From Octopus vulgaris (lineage: Eukaryota), in the NCBI GenBank assembly GCA_951406725.2, contig OX597831.1, positions 36,456,001-36,520,000 on the forward strand: 64,000 nt of DNA, read 5' to 3'. Below are positions 42,731-55,577 of the stretch, piece by piece. The notes under the pieces were generated by a model. That model saw nothing but the letters and a program-made list of their open reading frames with translations, had not been told where the DNA came from and did not search any database. The position numbers and the translations under genes are program-made. The first letter of the stretch is position 1. Each line of letters starts with the position of its first letter.

Positions 42731-43202
42731 TTTGTCTTTGGTCAGTAAGTGTTATTTCGTATTTTTGCTTCTTTTTAGAAATCAAAGGAAGTGACTAATA
42801 TTCCCTTCAAAATTCAAAATTTGCATTTGTGACCTGGACATCAATGTTTTGAAACTGACTTGTTTTACATTACATTTCAGACAGGTTCAGTGCCATGTTG
42901 CTGAAGCAGAAATATCATTATAGCAAATATTCCGCTCAATACCACAAATTTGCTTGTCACTTGTTTGACCTTAACTGCTTGGGCATGTCCCTTAGTGGCT
43001 GAAAATATGTGCATCTCTGATGATGAGTATGAGTAGTGGGGGAGCATCATAGCCATGTGTTGATAGGGATTCTTTGGGATTTGAATAAATATAACTAAAG
43101 CAAAGTTTGAAGGAAATATAAGCCATTTTTCATACTTACTTATGATAAATAAATAGGAAATAACATTTGCTACCCAAGGACAAAGATTATGTTACATAGT
43201 AT
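42731..43202. mobile_element. MITE with long imperfect TIRs carrying a fragment of element F
   Basis: Left TGTCTTTGGTCAGTAAGTGTTATTTC versus right GAAATAACATTTGCTACCCAAGGACA. Colinear with 45961-46413. Confidence 0.65.
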
Positions 43203-44404
43203 TATCACTCATCTAAAATGTTGCCAACATTTAACAATACTACTTGATCTATGGCTGATTAAGCAGAGATCACCTGCTGCAAGTTTATGGATCCACATTT
43301 TCACCCCACCCATTCTTTTCCCACAAACACTGACCGGCAAATACTCAGGCTAAATATTGCCCCTGCAAAGATCAAGTTCACTCTGTCTACTCACTTGAAT
43401 AGCTTTGTTTATTAATTTTTAATTGAAGAATTAGATCTTAGGATTGCAAGTAGTCAAACCACTAATGTTTATACAATATTTTCTTTATTGGCTGAATATG
43501 AAAATTACATTACAGGTGAGAGACAAGTCATAAGTTATTACTGTCAGCTAATACTAATTAAATGTTAGGACCTACAACAGTATTATTACCATCAATAAAT
43601 ACAGCTAGCTCGTTAAAGTTATCACAATACATAGAACTATTGCTCTTAAAGTAACACAACAGAAGCAGTTTTGATTGGAAGGTATTTTCACTTAATATAT
43701 TTTACCACTTACATATGTATTTATTCATAACAATTTTGATCGATGTATTTATTTATGATCGTTTTGACAGAGCTGGAGAGTAGGAGACAACAGTTCTTAA
43801 TAAATAAATAATGTTTCTGTAGGTGAAAATATTGACAGTTTAATATCCATTCGAAAAGGGTTTCTGACTTTTTATGTGTCGAAGATTATCTACGAAAAAC
43901 GCAAGTAACTTCCAATAACCTCGTTTGTCTAACTATAAACAGGTACCATGGACAGAACAAGTGATAGAAATTGCTCCTTTCCTTCATATGTCTTCAACAC
44001 TATCATGTATTAGGTGCATCTACCTGGTAGTTCACATTGCAGGAAATAACAGCTAAATCTCAAATCGAGCTTTATTGCCTTAAGTGAGGCAAAGATACAC
44101 GGGATAAAGTAGACTACATAACCACAAAATATGGATCAATATAAGACTTTGTTGATCATAGATCAGCTGCAAGTCAAGGCTTATCTTGGATTAAATAACA
44201 ACTGTAAATTTAGCTCTATAGGTAAGGGAAAGTACCACAGGCAAATGAGAGAGCATTTCTACATATGGTAGTGTTTCATATACATGATATAGTGAGATGA
44301 AAAAAGAACTGAAATTATCCATGCAATTAGTAAGAAAAATCTCCAGCTGGAGGTGTTTAAAACTTTAAAGTCACAAGCAAGAGAGAAAGCTCCAAATAAT
44401 AATG

Positions 44405-44612
44405 GTTTCAAATTTTAGTGCAAAGCCAGCAATCTCAGAGGAGGGGGTAAGTTGATTACATCGACTCCAGTTTGCAGCTGGTACTTTTTTTATCGACACC
44501 GAAAGGATGAAAGGCGAAGCCAACCTCAGTGAAGTTTGAACTCAGAACATAAAATTGGAAGAAATGCCACTAAGCATTTTCCCAGTGTGCTAACGATTCT
44601 GCCAGCTCACCA
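44405..44612 (-). mobile_element. SINE family B
   Basis: Reverse complement of the 40749 copy. Confidence 0.8.
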
Positions 44613-44757
44613 TCTTAAAGAAATGTTTGCAAAATAAAGACAATGCAGATGCAGAGAGATTTTGGTTCTAAAACCAACTGGTGAAAACAGAAAATTTTCA
44701 GTCTTGTTAGACCTTCTTAGAAAAACATATTCTGCTCAGTGATATGAATGATACAAT

Positions 44758-45138
44758 GCAGGTGCAATGGCCCAGTGGTTAGGGCAGTAGACTTGCAATT
44801 GTGGGATCGCAGTTTCGATCCCCAGACCAGGCGTTCTGAGTGTTTATCGAGCGAAAACACCTAATGTTCCATGAGCTCCAGCAGAGAGTGGTGGTGAACC
44901 CAGCTGTACTCTTTCACCACAACTTTCTCTCACTCTTTTTTCCTATTTCTGTTGTACCTGTATTTGAAAGGGCTGGCCTTGTCACACTCTGTGTCACGAT
45001 GAATCTCTCCGAGAACTATATTATGGGTACATGCATCTGTGGAATGCTAAGCCACTTGCACGTTAATTTCATGAGCAGGCTATTCCGTTGATCGGATTAA
45101 CTGGAGCCCTTGTCATCATAACCGATGGAGTGCCACAA
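44758..45138 (+). mobile_element. tRNA-derived SINE family E (possibly Ceph-SINE type)
   Basis: A box TGGCCCAGTGG, B box GTTTCGATCCC and GTGTTTAT.GAGCGAAAACACCTAA domain. Shared with 47711 and 50660(-). Confidence 0.8.
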
Positions 45139-45960
45139 TGAATAATACAATACAAAAGGAAATCTCTCATGTTTATGTGAATCTGTGTAGACAATGGGAA
45201 TAATAGGAACAAGGGTTATTTTGTAATACCTTGCATTTTCTGTATAGCTGTATGACTACTAAGAAGTTCACAATTAAGTAATTTTAGATCCAATTCCATT
45301 GCATCATACCTTGGGCAAGTGTCTTCTGTATAGCCTCAGGCAAACCAATACCATGTGAATGAATTTAGTAAATGGAAACTGCAAGGAATCCTATCATGCA
45401 TGAGTGTATGTATGCAGATGTATGTGTGCATTTATGCATGTGTATGTTTCTTTGTGCTTGGTCTCACATAATTTGACAACTGTCGTTGGTTTGTTTACAT
45501 TCTTGTAAACTTGGCAAAGGAGATCGATAGAAGCATCACACTTAAAAGAACATAGAGCCATCTTTATTGGTTTGGCGCTAACATGTAATCTATGCATATA
45601 ATCTATACCCATCATGTCTAAGAGAGAAAAATATAGACCATGTTCATAGTTTTCCTCTCATCTTAAGGAATATAAAGTTAACTTGAACTCTCGCCCCAAT
45701 ACAATAAATAAGTTGCCAAGCTAATTAGCTTTTTGCAAATTTGTTCTTGTATCATCGTTTGCTTTGCTTGTCATTTCTATACATTGATATGGTAATTAAA
45801 AACCTCAACTGTGATGAGAGGAGTAAACACTAACATACAGCAGAATGTCTACTAGCATTGAGGAGAGAGATAAAAATGGGAATAATTATATAAATATACT
45901 CAAGATAGACAAGGGATGCAACTTTAAATCACAAATACCACTAAGAAAATTTTTGGTTAT

Positions 45961-46413
45961 TTTCTGTCTTTTGCCAGTAAGTGTTATTTTCTATCTAAAA
46001 ATCAAAGGAAGTGACTACTATCCCCTTCACCCTTTGCTTTTGTGACCTGGACATCAATGCTTTGAAACTGACCAATTTTACAGTACATTTCAGACAGATT
46101 CAGCGTTGTGCTGCTAAAACAGAGGTATCATTATAGCAAATATTCTGCTCTATACCACAGATTTGCTTGTCACCTGCTTGATTGTAATCGCTTGAACATG
46201 TCCCTTGGTGGCTGACAATATCTGCTTCTCTGATCATCAATATGAGTAGAGGGGGAGCATCATAGCCATGTGTTGAGAGGAATTAATTGAGGTTTGAATA
46301 AATATAACAAAAGCAAAGCTTGTTGAAAACATTAACCATTTTTCATTTTTCCTAAGGGCAAGCAGATAGTAAATAACATTTACGACCTAAGGTTAAAAAT
46401 CGGGTTACACAGT
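45961..46413. mobile_element. Second copy of the chimeric MITE
   Basis: Colinear with 42731-43202, including the captured segment. Confidence 0.65.
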
Positions 46414-46788
46414 ATAATCAAAATACTTGATTACTCAGAAATCCCAATTAATTAAATATGAAATTAAGCATGTAATGAGAGGGAACAACTCATCTAATAT
46501 TTAACAAATACAAAGACAACTATGGTTATATTATGGTCTTGTTAGACTTTCTCAGTGTAGTAAACATTGTTTTAGTTAGTCTGAACAAAGTTAACTTTTA
46601 AACTTATTTGCACAGCTTTAGTAGACATCATCTATGCTGTCATGTTACCTATTACTATTCTGCATATAAGCATTATATAATTTATCTTATCAACTGCAGT
46701 CAATACACATATGTAAATATAAATTTGCATACTTCTATGTCTGTGTATAACAAAATTCTGGTTGTGTGGTGTACATGTAACACAAACA

Positions 46789-47290
46789 CATCATCATCAT
46801 TATCATCGTTTAATGTCCGCTCTCCATGCTGACATGGGTTGGATGGTTTGACTGAGGACTGGAAAGCCAGCAGCCGCACCAGGCCCCAATCTGATCTGGC
46901 AAGGTTTTTACAGCTGGTCGCCCTTCCTAATGCCAACCACTCCAATAGTATAGTGGGTGCTTTTTTACATGTCACTGGCACAGGGGCTAGTCAGGTGTCC
47001 CTGGCATTGATCACATTCAGATAGTGCTTTTTATGTACCACCGGCACAGGAACCAGTCAGAGGGCACTGGCATTGACCACGTTCGGATGGTGCTTTTTAC
47101 GTGGCTACCGGCATGGGAGCCAGTCAGGTGGTCTTAGCATCGATCACATTCAGATGGTGCTTTTTACATGTCACCAGCAGAGAAGCCAGTCAGGGGCACT
47201 GGCATCGACTGCGTTCAGATGGTGCATTTTACGTGCCACTGGCAACCACTCCAATAGTATAGTGGGTGCTTTTTTACATGTCACTGGCAT
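46789..47290 (-). mobile_element. SINE family C with minisatellite of about 60 bp (about 5 units)
   Basis: (ATC)n tail, core and repeated GGTGCTTTTTAC.TG...CAGTCAGG units. Confidence 0.78.
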
Positions 47291-47465
47291 GATTTTGGTT
47301 TTACTTGACTCTCAAGCATATCATATCGCTTGATATACTTATATATATATATATATATATGTATATGTATATGTGTGTGCTGAGCATTAAACTAATAATA
47401 CACCTGCTTGTTGTTCCTACACTTCACTCATCTTTTGTTTTCTGTAAATTTAAACTATATATATT

Positions 47466-47655
47466 TGCCATGATAGTTCGCTAGCCACTAAACCATTTCT
47501 GTTTTCTCTCCTTGTTTATTTCTGTGTTCCTTTCTGTCGAAGAGCATAGGCTCGAAACGTAAAAAACATTCTCACTTTCTGAGTGTTAAACTAATACATC
47601 TGTTTGTTGTTTACACACCCGTCTTTGTCTTTTGTTTTTTTGTAAATTCTCACTA
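47466..47655 (+). mobile_element. Penelope-like repeat family P1; hammerhead-like motif at 47529-47566
   Basis: UUU-CUGUCGA-A-GAGC(AUAG)GCUC-GAAA-CG-UA-AAA. A partial extra copy lies at 47380-47456. TA flanks. Confidence 0.65.
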
Positions 47656-47710
47656 TATATATATATGTATTGAAACTGCAATGCTACAACCATGAGTCCA
47701 CTGCCCTAAC

Positions 47711-48038
47711 CAGTAGACTTGCAGTTGTAGGATCACAGTTTCAATTCCTAGACCAGGCGTTGTGAGTGTTTATTGAGTGAAAATACCTAAAGCTCCATGA
47801 GGCTCTGGCAGGGGGTAGTGGCAAACCCTGCAGTACTCTTTCACCACAACCTTCTCTCACTCTTTTTTCTTGTTTCTGTTGTATCTGTATTTGAAAGGGC
47901 CAGCCTTGTCACATTCTGTGTCATGCTGAATCTCCCCGAGAACAACGTTAAAGGTACGTGTGTCTGTGGAGTGTTCAGCCACTTGCACATTAATTTCAGG
48001 AGCAGGAATCCTCGTCATCATAACCTACAGAGTGCCAG
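47711..48038 (+). mobile_element. SINE family E
   Basis: Colinear with 44758-45138. Confidence 0.8.
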
Positions 48039-48153
48039 AACGATATATATATATATATATAAATTTATAAATAAGGATAATATCGATATTTAAATATCAA
48101 TATTATCGAGTGGTCAGCATGGGAATAAACACCATACAAAGGTAATAATTTTT

Positions 48154-48434
48154 TACAACTATAAATAAGGGTATCTGAGAGACACCACCCTGCTGAAATA
48201 GCAGTCAAATCCCTGACTCTAAAAACCACCTTAAATGTTCATATTGCATCATGAGATAAGACAGAGAGACAAAATACACTAACAAAAAGTATTCAGTAAT
48301 ATCTTTTTGCTAGTCTATTTTGTCTCTCTGTCTTATCTCATGGTGTGATATGAACATTTATGGTGGTTTTTAGAGTCAGGGATTTGACTGCTATTTCGGC
48401 ATGGTGGTGTCTCTCAGATACCCTTATTTATAGT

Positions 48435-48438
<4 letters not shown>
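48154..48438. mobile_element. Foldback palindrome (about 136-bp arms, 13-nt spacer) next to (TA)n
   Basis: 48154-48289 is a near-perfect reverse complement of 48303-48438. Confidence 0.88.
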
Positions 48439-48472
<34 letters not shown>

Positions 48473-48735
48473 TAATATATATATATATAATATATATATA
48501 TATATAATTTAATTAAAATTCAGTAAATGGAGATATAGCATTAATATAATTCATTAACTGCAAAAACTCAACATGTTCTCTTACAGCTGTTTGGATTTTG
48601 CCCAAAGAATTAGATTGCAGTAATTAAAAGATTTTATTGAGCAAAATCTCTGTTGAAATGTTTTGGAAGAATAACATCTAATAACTTAATGGCATGTCTT
48701 TTTTACTCCTCTAATGAGATTTTCCTTAATAAAAT

Positions 48736-48768
<33 letters not shown>

Positions 48769-49457
48769 GCCAATGAAAGACGGTAGGTGGAATATACGAG
48801 AATTTGTTATTAATCACGACAATTGTTTCTGCACATCTAGCATCAATTCCCCATGGGCAGGACACTCAACAACTGGTTCAGGAGCATCCAGTGGTGCAGA
48901 TGTATCTCATTGGGTACAACACGTTAAAATAACTGTTCTGCAATGTAACTTCCTGTTTTGTGGAAAGAAAAGCAGCTAAACAGAGGAAATATCTTCCTTT
49001 ATATAGAAGATCAAAAATAAAATCACGGATGGCAAATAAAGAAATGAAAACATAATCCAGTGAGAAAAGTATTAAAAATAACCGTAAACAAATTAACAAA
49101 TATGGATGTTTATATATATATATATAAGGTAACTCAGGTAACTGGGAAAACTCCGACATAAAACCTGCGGCTCGCTGGTTACCGATAATGTTGACTTGTT
49201 CTTCTTTTCGGATTATGGCTACTGTTGCTTAGTGAGTGGGATTCACTCAGTGCACAGCCTTTCCTCACTTTAAAAAAAATCTTCTTGCACAACCGTTGCA
49301 CGATAACAACATTGATTAAGCTTCGTGCAATGGCCATACTCGATAATGAGGGGGCAGCGACCATGTATGTATGTATGTATGTATGTATGTATGTATGTAT
49401 GTATGTATGTATGTATGTATGTATGTATGTATGTATGCATGTATGTATGTATATATA

Positions 49458-49570
49458 TTGGGTTATCCCATAAATAATGCGGTTTTTCAATTGCATGACC
49501 AAAAAGTTGGAGGGAGGATGGGATAGACTACCCGTATCAACTTGCAAATTTGAGACTAGAGTGTAGATTA
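49458..49570. mobile_element. Single mariner-like TIR end
   Basis: TA|TTGGGTTATCCCATAAATAATGCGGTTTT resembles the TIR at 21189. No partner end found. Confidence 0.5.
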
Positions 49571-50481
49571 CATACATACATACATACATATATATCATCA
49601 TCATCATCATCATCATCATCGTTTAGCGTCCGCTTTCCATGCTAGCATGGGTTATATATATATATATATTTCTTATTTACCTTATTTTATCCACCCTAGA
49701 ATGATGAAAGGTAAAGTTGAGATTGTGAAGATCTGAACACAGGTTGTATAATGTCACTATGCGAGATAATAATGTTATTGAGAATGTGACAGTATTTTTT
49801 TAATATGCATGTGTGTGTGTGTGTAGTGTGGGCTGTACATTGTGTGTGGCTACATGTATGGAAGTGGTTGCAATGACTCACTTTTATTATTAGATTTATG
49901 ATATCTATGTATGTTTACACAAAACAAAAAAAATAACATACACACGTACCCTTTCAATAACTATGTAACAAAACAGAAAAGAATTATGAAAAAACACATT
50001 TTTTTAATAAAGTAATTGAAACCCCTCACTCTCTCCTACAATACCAATGCTACCAAAAACAGAGTTAGACAGAACAAAAACAGTTAAATAAAAAAGAAAT
50101 TGAAAATCTAAAATCCACATGTGTGCAATTTGAATTAGTTTAGAATATCTATCAAATTTAGTCTCAAAATATTGACAGTTATATTTATACCAAAATTCCA
50201 AGAGAAACTAGACATGAATTTGCAATTGTCTCAAGGAGTGCTATAGTAGTAATCCAATTGGTGGTAGAGTTGGTGTATATGATATTGTATGAATCGGTTT
50301 ATGATGAATATTCAAACATTGAACAACACTAGCTATAACATTTTGTCTCAAAAGAGAAACTTATCCAAGAAATTTGTGAGTTAAAATATATATATATATA
50401 AATACAGCACTCTGTGTTTTATAAGTCTTTTCAAGAAGTTTCTCTCAGACAAAATATTACAGCAAGCACTGTTGTAAATTT

Positions 50482-50515
<34 letters not shown>

Positions 50516-50659
50516 CAGTATGTATGTACATATACATCAATAATAAAGCTGCAAAGACATCACAAAAACTGTTAGAGAAACTCTGAGTTCTATTTTTTCC
50601 TCTTTGCATTGCTATAACTGTATATGCATAAATATACAGTATGTGTATATATATATATA

Positions 50660-50928
50660 TCACGTGATCACGTGACCGACCAGACCATCAGATGTTGTTA
50701 CACATCGCTGGTCACAATGCGTTCGCATTGTTTTAGCCTTCGAATGACGCCACCCCACTGGCTAAGCGAGCAGGCCAACAGAAGAAAGAGTGGTGAAAGA
50801 GTATAGCAGGGATCACCAACCCCTACCGGAGCCTCGTGGAGCTTTTAGGTGTTTTCGCTCAATAAACACTCACAACGCCCAGTCTGGGAATTGAAACCGC
50901 GATCCTGCGACCGCGAGTCCGCTGCCCT
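50660..50928 (-). mobile_element. SINE with family E head and a different 3' tail, in (TA)n
   Basis: The minus-strand head matches family E through CTCTTTCACCAC and then diverges. Confidence 0.75.
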
Positions 50929-50957
50929 CCATATATATATATTTATATATATATATA

Positions 50958-51312
50958 TTTTTCTTTCTAGTTTCAGCTCAGAGCTGCGGCCATGCTGATG
51001 CACCGCCATTTTGTGCTACACTGTTATTGCAACGAACCTCGTCTAATATGAGGCACTTGGTGAAGAATGGAGTTTGATACAGCTACTCTCATTTGCACCT
51101 CTTGCCGTGAGGTAGGTTCATCTGGGACTCTTGACAGGAAGATGTCCAGCTTTGATTTAAAAACCGCTACATCTACTTTGTGCAAGTTCCTCAGACTCTT
51201 TGGGAGAATATTAAAAAGCTATGGGCCCTTGAAACCCAAGCTGTTGCAGAAGCTGGTCCTGAAGTGTGATGGCATTGCTGGGATCTTTGGCACTATGCAG
51301 TGTCGTCCTGTT
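50958..51312 (-). mobile_element. CR1-like LINE 3' end (ORF2 C-terminus plus 3' UTR)
   Basis: Minus strand GRHCIVPKIP...NSLGFKGP*LFNILPKSLRNLHKVDVAVFKSKLDIFLSRVPDEP...SNSILHQ, followed by tail GGCGGTGCATCAGCATGGCCGCAG. Confidence 0.8.
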
Positions 51313-51319
51313 CTAGCAT

Positions 51320-51530
51320 TGTGTCTGTCCCCCCCCCCCAAACGTCAATTGACAACCGCTGTTGGTGTGTTTACATCCCCATCACTTAGCGGTTCGGCAA
51401 AAGAGACCGATAAAATAAGTACTAGGCTTAGAAAGAATACGTCCTGGGTTCGATTTGCTCGACTAAAGGCGGTGCTCCAGCATGGCCACAGTCAAATGAC
51501 TGAAACAGGTAAAAGAGTAAAAGAGTTAAA
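51320..51530 (+). mobile_element. SINE family A, 3' half
   Basis: Colinear with family A. Confidence 0.88.
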
Positions 51531-52554
51531 AAAAAAAGAGATAGCTGAGCATTCCACTGGTATGTTGTACCTTTCGAACAGGGTACATGCTCCAGTGGAA
51601 TACTCTGTAAGTAACATATATGTAAATAAGAATGTAAAAATTATACATCTTAAATCTTATTATTATTATTCATTTAAATTCGATGCTAATAATAAATAAT
51701 TTCTTTAAATTCACTGTGAATAATAAATCAAAATTTGTTGCTAAAAAACTATTTTATCACAAGATTTTCAAAAGATATTGCAGTAATGAAATATTAGAGA
51801 TAATTTACAACTCTTTAGTTTTATTTGTATAGACTTTTATTACGATCATTATTTTAATTACAATATTCTGCTGTACTGTATATATATAAATTTAAATGTG
51901 GCAAAATACTAAAAGCTGTAAATTATAGATCGATAGAAGAACAGTGTGGGTTATTTAATATGTTGATCACAGTTATAAAGTAGCACCAGAAAAATATTAA
52001 CCCTTATCATGAAAATATAAAAGCGAGAATTATATTGTCAATCCTCCACAATTAGACATACACTAATGAATAAAGAAGCCGACATATATTAAATGTTAAT
52101 AACATTTACTGTCGGTCTTGTACTTGGAGATGTTTATCTGTTCTTCATTATCAGCAAAGATGTCTTTTCTCAAAGCTAAGCAGCATAAGATCAAAAAGAC
52201 TTTTTCTTCTTCACACCTGCTGTTTATAATCAACTAACTTAGCTTTGAAGAGCAATACTTCATAGTTTCACTGTTATTGGAAGAGTTGCTTAAATGTAAG
52301 TATCTCATGTTTGGGAAGACAAGAAAAACATCATTGTCTTAGATACAATTGAAAATAAATCACAGATAAGTTTTTGGAGATGGGATTAGGATTAGGATTA
52401 ACAAAATTACTTTAACACTTTAGCATCTAAACCGGTTGTATCCAGCCAAAATATTCTGCCTCTTTTAAGTTCAAACTGGCCAGATCCAACATCTCATACT
52501 CACTCTATAACAGGTCGGCAAACCAAATGAGGGTAAAAATGAAATTTGTGTGGA

Positions 52555-53480
52555 TTATGAGGACTCATTAGGCATAATTGGGCAATGGGATCAGTGGATT
52601 TCTGCTTTAGAAATCTTTAGAGGATTAGTGGTGAGGAAGTGCAATGATGTTCTTGGGGAGATTCTAGGCACTGACGAAAATGAACTCCAGAAAGTTCCAG
52701 AGGACTTCCCAGTCTGGAACTGCTATGGATAATTTCCAGATGTCCTTGGCCTGGCAGTACTACTGAAGGGCACTGCTGGTGTGAGATAAACTCTACAGAC
52801 ACGGACTTGTCCAAGGTGCGTGCAGATTGATGAAACCATTCTGCACACACTCGTCTAGTGTCTGGGTATTGTTGACCTGTGAGTTTATGTCAAACAACTG
52901 TTGTCACATGTGTGACGGATCCATCTGTCAGCTGAGTCTGATGATTTCCCCATCACTCACCTTCAATTAGGGACACAAGACAGTTTTCCTTTGCTTGGTG
53001 GCTGTTGTGAAAGAGGTTGTTTGGTGGACATTCCTCTTTGGTAGAGCTTTCATTGACTTCTTCAAGTTTCATTTGAAAAGGACATTGAGAGTGGAGATTG
53101 AAGTATTGTCCTCGAGTGAGGTTATTGAAAGGTGGATGAAAGTTGTGAAAATGGCAAGAGTGGATGGTACCTCTCTCAGTGTGGACCTGTAAGTAGGAGA
53201 GAAGGAACTGGAGAGAGCACGTGCTCTTGGTGTTCAGGGAAATCTCAGACAGTGGGGTTCCTTGACTATCCAAAGAGGTCTTCCTGTATCAGGAAGGCCA
53301 CATCTCTATCACCCTTCCCACCATCATTTTTTAAAAACATCTTTGTATGCAATGTATATGTCCCTTCTTTTTCAGTGTATACCGCATATACTTCTTTTTT
53401 TTATATCATATCATTATATGTAAACCACCACAATTTATATCTGTCTTTCTGTTATACATTTCATCGTTTGTCCTTCTGGC
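52555..53480 (+). pseudogene. L1/Tx1-clade retrotransposon 3' fragment (ORF2 C-terminal zinc-binding domain plus 3' UTR), decayed
   Basis: MDNFQMSLAWQ...AL...DKLYRHG then CPRCVQIDETILHTLV*C (52808-52861). The ORF ends ERWMKVVKMARVDGTSLSVDL* at 53192. Confidence 0.75.
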
Positions 53481-53514
53481 AAATAAATAATATCATTATA
53501 ATTATTATTATTGT

Positions 53515-53567
<53 letters not shown>

Positions 53568-53589
53568 TTATTATTATTATTATTAGTAA

Positions 53590-53774
53590 AGGTGGCAAGC
53601 TGGCAGAATCGTTAGCCATCTGCAGCTATGCTCTGAGTTCAAATTTCACAGAGGTTGACTTTGCCTTTCATTGTTTTGGGGTTGATGAAATAAGTACCGG
53701 TTACGCATTGGGTTTGATGCAATCGACTTAATTCCTTCCCCCAAATTTGATGCCTTGTATTTCTAGTAGAAAGG

Positions 53775-53775
<1 letters not shown>
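53590..53775 (+). mobile_element. SINE family B, internally deleted, in ATT/ACT repeats
   Basis: Head, B box and central domain present. Confidence 0.78.
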
Positions 53776-53850
<75 letters not shown>

Positions 53851-53861
53851 TCATTAGTATT

Positions 53862-53930
53862 ACCTTTGCACAGCTTCTAATGCTGAAGGTGTACTACAGT
53901 GTCAGCTGTTCACTACCAGTGAACTAATGT
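53862..53930 (-). mobile_element. Dong-like 3' UTR stub next to (ATT)n
   Basis: Matches 9627-9690 (CAGTGTCAGCTGTTCACTACCAGTGAACTA). Confidence 0.75.
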
Positions 53931-53931
53931 A

Positions 53932-53977
<46 letters not shown>

Positions 53978-54334
53978 TAAAATGTAATCTGAAGTGTAAA
54001 TGTGTCATCCCTTTGAGCAAAGAACATGCTTAAAATGTACATCTTTCTGTTCTATTTATCAGATACAACTTGTTGTCAACGGATTAAATACATTCTGCAA
54101 TATTGGTAATATCAGAAAGGCTATAACACCACCTTTATTGTCAAGATGATGCAAGAATGTGTATATATGTTTTTCATGGTTTATTTCTTTTTTGGGGTGA
54201 TGAATGACAACGATTTCCTTATAAAAATATTAAATTTAGCCAACCAGGCTTTGTCACATATTTTTTAGAAACTGGTTGGTTTTGTCATTCACCAAAGACT
54301 CAGAAGTCAAATTCTTATCCATACACATAAAAAG

Positions 54335-54589
54335 TATCTAGTCCACACTGTAAAGTGGTTGGCATTTGGAAGGGCATCCAGCTGTAAAAAAACCATGACA
54401 AAACTGACCTCGCCTGTGGTAGTGCCACATGAAAAGCATTCACTCCACTCTGCAGAGTATCTGGTGTTAGGAAGGGCATCCACCTGTGAAAACCCTGCCA
54501 AAACGGTCACAGTAGCCTGGGGTTGTCTACTACCTGGCTGGCTCCTGTCAAACCATCCAACCCATGCCTTCAAGGAAGGCAGATGCTAA

Positions 54590-54670
<81 letters not shown>

Positions 54671-54671
54671 T

Positions 54672-54754
<83 letters not shown>

Positions 54755-54764
54755 ATGATGATGA
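54335..54764 (+). mobile_element. SINE family C (duplicated core) with expanded (GAT)n tail
   Basis: Two GGAAGGGCATCC cores and a tail at 54590-54764. Confidence 0.75.
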
Positions 54765-55269
54765 CCTCATCTGTGTGAAAAGGATTTGTAAGGGGCACAA
54801 AAACATACATGTTACAGGGGTAAAGCAAAGTAGGTGAAGTCTATCTAAGATACAAAGGACTATTGTGATTATTATATTTATAGAAACATTGCATTCATTT
54901 ACATATATATTTTTATGTACTTTTAATGGAAAAATGTATTGTTTTTGAAAATCAATATCATTAAATATGTAAAAGTTATGTGTTACTTGATAAAATATTT
55001 ATTAATTTGAAAAAAAAATTAATTTTGAAATTGTATATTGGAAACTGTACTTAGTCGAACATTTTATATATTGATTTAACCATTATGGAACCAATTGCTG
55101 AAAACCAAGTTCTAGTAATATGTATATGATTAAAATATATCTTTGAATTTTGACAAAAAGTTCCCTTTTTGTCAAACCCTTGTTTTTGTTTAACTATGCG
55201 AATACATCGTTAAGCATGCTGTAACACTTTTGTATTAATGAATGTGCTCTAGTAGCATACAAAGTAAAT

Positions 55270-55271
55270 AA

Positions 55272-55306
<35 letters not shown>

Positions 55307-55318
55307 AATTACCATTTT

Positions 55319-55366
<48 letters not shown>

Positions 55367-55478
55367 CACCACCACTACTACTATTATTACTACCACCACC
55401 ACCACCACCCCCACCACCACCACCACCATCACTACTACTAACACCACCGCCACCACCACCACCACTACCACCACCAGC

Positions 55479-55576
<98 letters not shown>
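55270..55576. repeat. Compound (ATT)/(CTA)/(CCA)/(AAT) trinucleotide tract
   Basis: Directly visible. Confidence 0.95.

Positions 55577-55577
<1 letters not shown>

Noticed and set aside
46945-47290. Repeats of about 60 bp as a possible array system
   Set aside because: This minisatellite is integral to SINE family C and also appears at 41905 and 63140.
51067-51699. 210-aa plus-strand ORF
   Set aside because: It is the antisense of the CR1-like fragment running into SINE A.
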